Below, in pieces: positions 1 through 7,055 of a DNA stretch of 32,000 nt; the first letter of the stretch is position 1, and every line of letters starts with the position of its first letter. Location: positions 540,001 to 572,000 of the forward strand of contig NZ_CP008796.1 in assembly GCF_000734015.1 (NCBI RefSeq). The letters are read 5' to 3'. Source of the stretch: Thermodesulfobacterium commune DSM 2178. Lineage in GTDB: Bacteria > Desulfobacterota > Thermodesulfobacteria > Thermodesulfobacteriales > Thermodesulfobacteriaceae. The notes under the pieces were generated by a model. The model made no database searches. It saw only the letters and a list, made by a program, of their open reading frames with translations, and had not been told where the DNA came from. Made by a program: the position numbers and the translations under genes.

Positions 1-59
1 TATATTTACAGTGTAAATACTTTTTAAAGATAAAGTCAAAACGGATTAAAGCAGATTAG

Positions 60-90
60 AAAACCTTTTTAAGGTTTTTTCTTTATTTTT
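60..90 (+). terminator. Weak hairpin plus T-tract; possible intrinsic terminator of a gene lying upstream of the window
   Basis: Perfect 8-bp inverted repeat aaaacctt / ttt / aaggtttt (60-78) followed by ttctttattttt. The stem has only 2 G:C pairs. Confidence 0.3.
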
Positions 91-206
91 AAAATTTTTT
101 TAGAATTTTTTATAGTTTTATAAAATTATAAAAATGCTTTTTTGAAAAAACAAAAGGTTTTAAATATTAAGGATACGATGAGAGTTGTAGAAAAATTTTT
201 TTAGAA

Positions 207-279
207 CGCCCCCAACGGGATTCGAACCCGTGTCTCTGGCGTGAGAGGCCAGTATCCTAGTCCACTAGACGATGGGGGC
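207..279 (-). tRNA. tRNA-Glu (anticodon CUC)
   Basis: Reverse complement folds as a cloverleaf. Acceptor GCCCCCA/TGGGGGC, anticodon stem CTGGC/GCCAG with loop CT-CTC-AC, T-arm ACGGG-TTCGAAT-CCCGT, discriminator G. The 5' GCCCCCATCGTCTAG is typical of tRNA-Glu. CCA is not encoded. Confidence 0.93.
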
Positions 280-305
280 TTTATGAAGTTTTCGATATTT
301 TAAAA

Positions 306-333
306 AATATAAACGGTTTCCCTCTTTTGTCAA
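306..333 (-). promoter_or_regulatory. Sigma70-type promoter candidate for tRNA-Glu
   Basis: Minus strand reads TTGACA (333-328), a 16-nt spacer, then TATATT (311-306). The -10 hexamer ends 26 nt upstream of the tRNA 5' end. Confidence 0.5.
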
Positions 334-461
334 GTTAAATAAATAAAAAAACCGGTTCAAATAGAATGTCTTTTTGCGTTTAGGCTTATTGACTTTTAAG
401 AATTTTATATTAACTTGCTAAACATAAGGGGGGGGTAAAATCTTTTAGAGGGGTGAGTTAG

Positions 462-1208
462 ATGACAGTTCTGTTAGAGATAGAAGACCTATGGGTAGAG
501 GTTGAAGGGCGAGAAGTTTTAAAGGGTATATCTCTAAAAATACCTGTAGGAGAAACTCATGTAATATTTGGTAGAAACGGTTCAGGGAAAACTTCGTTGT
601 TGATGACAATTATGGGTTTCCCTACCTATAAGGTAAAACATGGAAAAATCTATTTTAAAGGTGAGGATATAACCGACCTTCCTCCTTATGAAAGAGCTAA
701 AAGAGGTATAGGGATTATGTTTCAAAGACCTCCTACCATAAAAGGGGTCAAACTAAGGGATATTTTAAAACTCTGTGCCAAGGAAAACAACGTTAAGATC
801 GAAGAGCTTGCAAGAAGTTTTAACTTTGAAACTTTCCTTGAAAGAGAGGTAAACAAAGGATTTTCAGGGGGAGAACTTAAAAAAAGCGAGCTTCTCCAGC
901 TTCTTGTTCAAAATCCAGATTTAGTATTACTTGATGAGCCAGAATCTGGGGTTGACGTAGAAAACCTAAACCTTATCGGTCAGATGATAAAAAAACTGTT
1001 GCAAAAAGATACTCCTCACAAACCAAGGACAAAAAGTGGTTTGATCATTACCCATACAGGTTTTATTTTACAGCATGTAGCAGCGGACTTAGGATATGTT
1101 ATCATGGACGGAGAAATCTACTGCACCGGAAATCCTATAGAAATATTTGAGGGTATTCAGAAGTTTGGGTACGAAGGTTGTAAAAACTGTTTAAAAAGAC
1201 TGGCTTAA
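462..1208 (+). CDS. sufC: Fe-S cluster assembly ATPase SufC (ABC-type)
   Basis: Walker A GRNGSGKTS, ABC signature FSGGELKK, Walker B LVLLDEPESGVD. SD-like gaggggtga lies upstream of the ATG. A SufB/D-like gene follows immediately. Confidence 0.88.
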   Translation: MTVLLEIEDLWVEVEGREVLKGISLKIPVGETHVIFGRNGSGKTSLLMTIMGFPTYKVKHGKIYFKGEDITDLPPYERAKRGIGIMFQRPPTIKGVKLRDILKLCAKENNVKIEELARSFNFETFLEREVNKGFSGGELKKSELLQLLVQNPDLVLLDEPESGVDVENLNLIGQMIKKLLQKDTPHKPRTKSGLIITHTGFILQHVAADLGYVIMDGEIYCTGNPIEIFEGIQKFGYEGCKNCLKRLA

Positions 1209-1224
1209 TAGGAGGAAAAACAAG

Positions 1225-2379
1225 ATGGCTGAAGATAAACTTCTTAAAGAGTTTAAATCTGCAAAAGAAGGTAACATACCTAAGGACCTTTCAGAACTTT
1301 CTGAAGAAGAAAAGGAAAGGTTAAGGTTTTTAGGGCTTGATTCTTCTTTAAAAAGAGAGGGAGAATACGTTCAGATAGACGCTAAACCTGTGGTTTGTAG
1401 AAAACAGGTTGAAGGACTGGAGATACTTCCCATAACAGAAGCGCTTAAAAAATATGATTGGTTATCAGACTATTACTGGAAGCTTTTATCTCCGGAAAAA
1501 GATGAATTTACCAAAGCTACAGCCGAAGACCTTGATGATGGTTATTTTATCAGGGCTCTTCCAGGTTATAAGATAGTCTATCCTGTGCAAACCTGTCTTT
1601 ACATAAGAACTGAAAAGGTAGCTCAAAAGGTACACAACATCGTGATAGTAGAAGAAGGGGCAGAGTTAAACTTGATAACCTCTTGTTCGGTTCATCCTCA
1701 TGTAGAATCTGCTTTTCATATAGGGGTTTCAGAGTTTTTTGTAAAAAAAAGAGCCAAACTTACCTTTAGCATGCTTCATGTCTGGGGAGAGCAAACTATC
1801 GTTAGGCCAAGAACTGGGGTTTTGGTAGAAGAAGAAGGATCCTATATTTCTACCTATGTAAGTCTTTATCCTGTAAAAGACATACAAACCTCTCCGGTTT
1901 GCAGGTTGGTTGGAGAAGGGGCTAAAGCCTCTTTCGCAAGTATCATCGCCAACCAGCCAGGTTCAAAAATAGACATAGGAGGAGAGGTCTGGTTGGAAGC
2001 ACCTAACACCAGGACTGAAATCATCTCAAGAACTGTGGTGTATGGCGGAGAAAACATCGCAAGAGGTAAAATCGTAGCCAAAGCTCCAAAAGTCAAAGGA
2101 CATTTAGAATGTCAAGGGCTTATGCTCTCTGACGAGGGTATTATGAGGGCTATTCCTCAGCTTGACAGTTATTTTTACGACGTAGAATTAACCCACGAAG
2201 CAGCGGTAGGTAAGATAGCTAAAGAAGAGGTAGAATATCTTATGGCAAGAGGATTAAGTGAAGATGAAGCCACCTCACTTATAGTAAAAGGATTCTTAAC
2301 CGTTAAGGTTGAAGGTATCCCTCCTACTTTACAGAAACAAATCGATAAAGTTCTTGAGACCGCCAAACTGGGGTTTTAA
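1225..2379 (+). CDS. sufB: Fe-S cluster assembly scaffold, SufB/SufD family (short, 384 aa)
   Basis: C-terminal region ...LTHEAAVGKIAKEEVEYLMARGLSEDEATSLIVKGFL matches the conserved SufB/SufD C-terminus (HxAxxGxxxxExLFYLxSRGxxxxEA). The start is 17 nt after the sufC stop, with SD aggagg. Confidence 0.82.
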   Translation: MAEDKLLKEFKSAKEGNIPKDLSELSEEEKERLRFLGLDSSLKREGEYVQIDAKPVVCRKQVEGLEILPITEALKKYDWLSDYYWKLLSPEKDEFTKATAEDLDDGYFIRALPGYKIVYPVQTCLYIRTEKVAQKVHNIVIVEEGAELNLITSCSVHPHVESAFHIGVSEFFVKKRAKLTFSMLHVWGEQTIVRPRTGVLVEEEGSYISTYVSLYPVKDIQTSPVCRLVGEGAKASFASIIANQPGSKIDIGGEVWLEAPNTRTEIISRTVVYGGENIARGKIVAKAPKVKGHLECQGLMLSDEGIMRAIPQLDSYFYDVELTHEAAVGKIAKEEVEYLMARGLSEDEATSLIVKGFLTVKVEGIPPTLQKQIDKVLETAKLGF

Positions 2380-2381
2380 TT

Positions 2382-3470
2382 ATGGATTTTAAGCCTTATC
2401 TGAAAAAGCTAACTCCCTACCCTCCTGGAAAGACGGTAGATGAAATAAAAAGAGAGCTTGGGATAGAAGGTCCGGTTTACAAATTTAACTCCAACGAAAA
2501 TCCTCTTGGACCTTCTCGCAAGGTGGTAAAAGTCATAAAAGAATTGGCTAAAACTGTTAATCTATATCCAGAGGCAAGTTATATAGAACTAAAAAGAGCC
2601 CTTGCTAAAAAGTGGGGGCTATCACCAGAAAACTTTATCCTTGGAAATGGTTCTAATGAGGTGATCGAACTTGTTTTTAAGGCGTTAATAAATCCAGGCG
2701 ATGAAGTCCTGGTAAGTCAACCCAGTTTTTTGATGTATGAAAAGTTCGCTCAAATTTATGGGGCTAAGGTCAAGGTTGTCCCTCTTGATAACAAACTTAA
2801 GCACGATATACCAGGTTTGTTAAGAAATTTGTCTAACAAAACCAAAGTGGTGTTTTTAGACCACCCAAACAACCCCACAGGTAGTGTCTTAGACAGAAAA
2901 GATTGGGGCATTTTTTTTAAAAACCTTCCTGAGAATATCCTGGTGGTAATAGATGAAGCCTACGGAGAGTTCATAGAAGACCCTGAAATTCCCTTAGGTA
3001 TAGAGTTTTTGAAAAATGGTTTTAACGTTTTAGTGTTGAGAACCTTTTCTAAGGCTTACGGTCTTGCAGGATTAAGGTTAGGATATGGTATGGCTGAAAA
3101 AAGTTTAGCTCAGCTTTTAGACAGTTTGAGACAACCTTTTAACCTTAATCTTTTTGCCTATAAAGCTGGGCTGATTGCCTTAGAAGATCAGGCTTACCTC
3201 AAAAAAAGCCTAAAAATCGTAAAAGAAGGTAGAAGATATCTAACCCAGGAACTTTCTTCTCTTGGTTTTAAAGTATATCCTTCCCAAGCCAATTTTATCA
3301 TGGTTGATTTTGGTAGTGTTTGTGAACACTTATATCAAGGGCTGTTAAGAAGAGGGCTTCTTTTAAGACCTCTTAAACCTTATGGGTTTCCAAACTCATT
3401 AAGGATTACCATAGGACTTCCTGAACAAAATCAGCTTTTGGTTAAAAACATAAAAGAGCTACTTGGTTAA
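2382..3470 (+). CDS. hisC: Histidinol-phosphate aminotransferase
   Basis: NSNENPLGPS motif, class-II aminotransferase PLP-lysine context RTFSKAYGLAGLRLGY, length 362 aa. Starts 3 nt after the sufB stop. Confidence 0.88.
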   Translation: MDFKPYLKKLTPYPPGKTVDEIKRELGIEGPVYKFNSNENPLGPSRKVVKVIKELAKTVNLYPEASYIELKRALAKKWGLSPENFILGNGSNEVIELVFKALINPGDEVLVSQPSFLMYEKFAQIYGAKVKVVPLDNKLKHDIPGLLRNLSNKTKVVFLDHPNNPTGSVLDRKDWGIFFKNLPENILVVIDEAYGEFIEDPEIPLGIEFLKNGFNVLVLRTFSKAYGLAGLRLGYGMAEKSLAQLLDSLRQPFNLNLFAYKAGLIALEDQAYLKKSLKIVKEGRRYLTQELSSLGFKVYPSQANFIMVDFGSVCEHLYQGLLRRGLLLRPLKPYGFPNSLRITIGLPEQNQLLVKNIKELLG

Positions 3471-5183
3471 ATAACTCTTTACAAAATCTTCTATGCTCAT
3501 CGGTTTAGCCAGATAATATCCTTGTAAATAGTCTACCTTAGCTCTTACCAGCATGTCCATTATCTCTTTATTTTCTACAAATTCTGCTATCGTTTTAATC
3601 TTTAAATCCCGTGCCAGTCTTATTATACCTTTTAACACCTTTAAGTTATCTTCAGAATGAAAGGAGGCTTTAACAAAATCTCCGTCGATTTTTATAAAAT
3701 CAGGCTTAAACTTTAAAAGATATCCAAAAGAGGCATGTCCAGCTCCAAAGTCATCTATGGCTAAAAGAATGTTGTTTTGTTTGGCCTTTTCTTTTATAAA
3801 AAACACAAGGTCTATGAAATCTATAAGAGAGGCTTCGGTCACCTCTAAAACCAGTTTAACCTTAAATTTTTGAACAAGATCTATCCATTGTTCCATTTCA
3901 TAGATTAATCTTTCAAACTTTTCAAAAGAGGTGATAGAACGATTGATAAAAATCATATAGTTTTTAAATTTATAAAATTTTAGATAGTCTTTAAACTTTT
4001 TAAACATAACCTCTTCTAACCTGTCTAAGTAGTTTGATTTTAAGGCAAACTTAATAAATTCTCCTGCAGAAATGAACCTTTTTTCTTCCTCACAGAAAAC
4101 CCTAAGGAGGACTTCTCCTCCTATAACCTTTTGAGTTTTAGCGGAAAATATAGGCTGAACAAAGGGAAAAACAAGTTCTTTTTCTAAGGCTTCATCTAAA
4201 AGATTTTTGATCCTGTCAAGCTTTTTTATTTCCACGTAGTCTTCCTCAGAAAACATAACCCATCGATTTTTCCCCTCTTCTTTAGCTTTTTTAACAGCAA
4301 TTTCTGCTTTGATTAAAAGATCTTTGGGATCATTACCATGTTTAGGATAAACGACCAGTCCTAAAGAGATGTTAAACCTTATTATCTCAACCTTTTGATT
4401 TTTTATAAGGGTAAACTGATAGTTTTCTGTGACTTGAAACACCTTTTTAATGGTGGAAAAAGTCTTTAAAAAATTTTGCTCGTCTGTCAAGAGAATCCCA
4501 AACCTATCTCCCTCAAACTTAGCCAGCCAAAGCTGATCTTCTTTTAAGTTTTTATAAAGGTGCTTAGCAAAATCTTCTAAAACTAAATCTCCCACATCAA
4601 AACCATATCTAAGATTTATTAAATAAAAATCATCTATGTCAAAAAGGATAAAAGAAATAGTCTTTGCTTCTCCTCGTTTTATAAGCTGGTCCAATTTTTC
4701 TAAAGATTCATTTTTAGATAAAAATCCATATAGCTTGTAAAGATTAACCTCTACCGGAGTTTCAGTAGAGACCTCCTTTAAATAAACTTCTATCTCTTTA
4801 TCTAAGGTTATGATATGAGAAAAAAGCCAATTTTTTAGAAAATTAAATATAGATAAAACTAACTCTTTTAGATTCTCTTGGTTTTCTCCTTCAAATTTCT
4901 GATAAAGTTCATCAAGTTTTTTTACAAAGGTTTGATGTGATTTTTTATGTAGTTCAAGTTTAGGGTAAGCATGAGCCTTAATAAAAGCTTCTTCTGTTTC
5001 AAAATGATATCGAGCATAATCGTATAATTCTTGAAAAGTGTATAAAAGCTCATCTTTAGAAATTTCTGGTTTAAAAACTATGTTTTCGTACAATTTGTTT
5101 ATGAGATTGACAAGCATCTTGTGTTGATTATCGATGCTTTCTATCCCTATCTCCCAGGTGTGATCCCAATCTATGTAAGGCAT
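3459..5183 (-). CDS. Hemerythrin-like sensor / degenerate GGDEF / EAL c-di-GMP phosphodiesterase
   Basis: The N-terminus has the full hemerythrin ligand pattern: H21, H60xxxE64, H79xxxH83, H123xxxxD128. The GGDEF position reads EGDRF (res 224-228). The EAL domain has QPIF...GGEVLLR, EVTE, DDFGAGHASFGYL, IKIDGDF, IAEFVEN and QGYYLAKP. Confidence 0.85.
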   Translation of the reverse strand: MPYIDWDHTWEIGIESIDNQHKMLVNLINKLYENIVFKPEISKDELLYTFQELYDYARYHFETEEAFIKAHAYPKLELHKKSHQTFVKKLDELYQKFEGENQENLKELVLSIFNFLKNWLFSHIITLDKEIEVYLKEVSTETPVEVNLYKLYGFLSKNESLEKLDQLIKRGEAKTISFILFDIDDFYLINLRYGFDVGDLVLEDFAKHLYKNLKEDQLWLAKFEGDRFGILLTDEQNFLKTFSTIKKVFQVTENYQFTLIKNQKVEIIRFNISLGLVVYPKHGNDPKDLLIKAEIAVKKAKEEGKNRWVMFSEEDYVEIKKLDRIKNLLDEALEKELVFPFVQPIFSAKTQKVIGGEVLLRVFCEEEKRFISAGEFIKFALKSNYLDRLEEVMFKKFKDYLKFYKFKNYMIFINRSITSFEKFERLIYEMEQWIDLVQKFKVKLVLEVTEASLIDFIDLVFFIKEKAKQNNILLAIDDFGAGHASFGYLLKFKPDFIKIDGDFVKASFHSEDNLKVLKGIIRLARDLKIKTIAEFVENKEIMDMLVRAKVDYLQGYYLAKPMSIEDFVKSYLTK

Positions 5184-5311
5184 AGGATCTCCTTTTTAAA
5201 GCGTTATTTTTTATAATTTTAATATAAAAACTTAATCTTGTTAAGTCTAATTAAGTTTTGTAGGTTAATGTTTGTTGCAGGTGGTTTTATTAACAGACAG
5301 TCTTGAAAAAT

Positions 5312-5340
5312 TTGTTAAAAGGTTTTTAATTAAATTAAAT
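5312..5340 (+). promoter_or_regulatory. Possible promoter for tRNA-Pro (and downstream operon)
   Basis: TTGTTA (5312-5317), a 17-nt spacer, then TTAAAT (5335-5340), 15 nt before the tRNA 5' end. An alternative is TTGAAA (5303-5308)-17-TTAATT. In such an AT-rich context this is only a weak call. Confidence 0.3.
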
Positions 5341-5355
5341 TTACTACCAAAATCT

Positions 5356-5429
5356 CGGGGCGTAGCTCAGCTTGGTAGAGCACCGGCTTCGGGAGCCGGG
5401 AGTCGCAGGTTCAAATCCTGTCGCCCCGA
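5356..5429 (+). tRNA. tRNA-Pro (anticodon CGG)
   Basis: Acceptor CGGGGCG/CGCCCCG, D-arm GCTC-AGCTTGGTA-GAGC, anticodon stem CCGGC/GCCGG with loop TT-CGG-GA, T-arm GCAGG-TTCAAAT-CCTGT, discriminator A. 74 nt, no encoded CCA. Confidence 0.93.
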
Positions 5430-5465
5430 TGTTTCTATTTGCTATTTCTGGTTTGAGAAAAAGTT

Positions 5466-7055
5466 ATGATGGATAACCTTTTTTCTAAAGATTTCGAGGT
5501 TTATAAAGATATCAAAGAACAAAAGTTTTTGGTAAAGATTAAGGTATTTGTACCAGATAAGCCAGGTTCTCTTGCTACTCTTGCCGACCTTTTTGGACAA
5601 AACCAGGTTAACATCGTATATTTTTACTACAACCGGTCAGAACATCCTAACAGGGTCATCATAGAAGGAAAATTTCAGGATCTTTCTGGCTGGGAAAAGG
5701 TCAGACAAAGTTTATCAGAAAAAGGGTGGTTTGAAGAAACCTACCAAGAAAACTTTGACATAACCGAACCTGAGGGTGTGTTTAAATTAGCTGTTTTTGT
5801 AGAACACAAACCAGGTACCTTAGCCAAGATTGGTAAGCTTTTACAAGAATACCAGGCAAACGTTGTGTTTATGAGTTTTGATGAATACCTTTCTGAAAAC
5901 AAGGCTGTTATCGCTTTTTACTTGCCAGAGAAACAAAAGGCAAACGAGCTTTTATACTCCCTGAATCAGGCAGGTTATCATTATAGTTTAGAATATTCAG
6001 GAAAAGAAGAGGAAACCACCAGGCTTTTGGGCCTAAACCTTCTGGAACGTTTTTATTTTAACCTGAAAAAACTCCTTCCAGAAGACGAAGTAGCAGAAAT
6101 CAAAAAATTAGTAGAAACATCTAAATACCTTTCGGAAAATTTAGTTAATTTTAATAAAGAGGCAGGGAAAAACTTAGAAGCCGGAGAAGTTTTTAGCAAC
6201 ATCTTAAATTTTGCCATTTATTCAAGAACCAAAGTGGGACCAAACTTCTTTTTTAAAAAGTTACCAAGTATTCCTTTTGGAGAGGTTATTTTACACACTT
6301 TTAAACCTCCTACCGGGGGAAATCTTTATTTGTTTCAGCTAAACGGCGAATATTACCTGATAGATACGTGCTATGGGGTATATTATCAAGACATCAAAAC
6401 CATGCTTCAAAGCCAAGGGATAAATCCTGAAAAGATCAAAAAAATCTATCTTTCACATGCGGATGCAGACCATGTAGGTCTTACTGGTTATTTTGAGGAA
6501 GAATTTCAAACTGAGGTTTGGTGTCACAAAGATGCAATAAACGTGATGAAAAATGAAAACCGGGTTTATGGTGTTGCTACCCCTCTTTCTGAACTTAATC
6601 ATTATTTTACCATCTTAGTAAACTATTTTACCAAAACCAAGTTTCCCAGGTTCCCCAAGGTTTTTAACAGTAAAAAAACGGATGAAACACTCTATGGTTT
6701 TCCTGTAATTGACTGCTTTGAGATAGGAAATTTAAGGTTTAAAGTCTTAGAAAGCTTAGGAGGGCACATTCCTGGACAGGTATTTTTTCTTTGTGAAGAA
6801 TTTGGCCTTCTTTTTACCGCAGACTATCTCCTTTATGTGCCAAGCCTTACAGAAGAAGAAAAAAAGGTGCTAAACATACCTAAGTTTTTGATGACAAGCA
6901 CCAACGCTAACTCTGCCCTTTTTAGAAAGGAGATGGAACTTTTGCATAGACTTTCTAAGGACCTTGATGAGAAGCTTAAAAATCAAGGCAGAGGACTTAT
7001 GATTTTCCCAGGACATGGAGACTACTATCCTGCTCGTCTTTTATTAAAATCATAG
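5466..7055 (+). CDS. Two N-terminal ACT domains fused to a metallo-beta-lactamase-fold hydrolase; function unknown
   Basis: Two ACT-like units: KIKVFVPDKPGSLATLADLF...VNIVYF and KLAVFVEHKPGTLAKIGKLL...ANVVFM. MBL motifs: YLIDTCYG, SHADADHVG (HxDxDH instead of HxHxDH), GGHIPGQ, FTADY and FPGHGD. Confidence 0.75.
   Translation: MMDNLFSKDFEVYKDIKEQKFLVKIKVFVPDKPGSLATLADLFGQNQVNIVYFYYNRSEHPNRVIIEGKFQDLSGWEKVRQSLSEKGWFEETYQENFDITEPEGVFKLAVFVEHKPGTLAKIGKLLQEYQANVVFMSFDEYLSENKAVIAFYLPEKQKANELLYSLNQAGYHYSLEYSGKEEETTRLLGLNLLERFYFNLKKLLPEDEVAEIKKLVETSKYLSENLVNFNKEAGKNLEAGEVFSNILNFAIYSRTKVGPNFFFKKLPSIPFGEVILHTFKPPTGGNLYLFQLNGEYYLIDTCYGVYYQDIKTMLQSQGINPEKIKKIYLSHADADHVGLTGYFEEEFQTEVWCHKDAINVMKNENRVYGVATPLSELNHYFTILVNYFTKTKFPRFPKVFNSKKTDETLYGFPVIDCFEIGNLRFKVLESLGGHIPGQVFFLCEEFGLLFTADYLLYVPSLTEEEKKVLNIPKFLMTSTNANSALFRKEMELLHRLSKDLDEKLKNQGRGLMIFPGHGDYYPARLLLKS

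Noticed and set aside
3-19. Perfect palindrome tatttaca-g-tgtaaata at the window edge
   Set aside because: An AT-only 8-bp-arm palindrome in AT-rich intergenic DNA, truncated by the window boundary. It cannot be assigned as an operator or terminator without the upstream context.
428-435. G8 homopolymer 27 nt upstream of the sufC start; considered as a slipped-strand phase-variation tract
   Set aside because: It lies in the 5' leader of an essential housekeeping operon, outside any -35/-10 spacer I could define. A single tract without population data is not evidence of phase variation. It may simply contribute to the purine-rich leader and SD region.
5272-5469. 65-aa ORF in the track spanning tRNA-Pro
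   Set aside because: It reads straight through a canonical tRNA-Pro (…GVAQLGRAPASGAGSRRFKSCRPD… is the tRNA translated). It has no RBS and is a by-product of the RNA gene.
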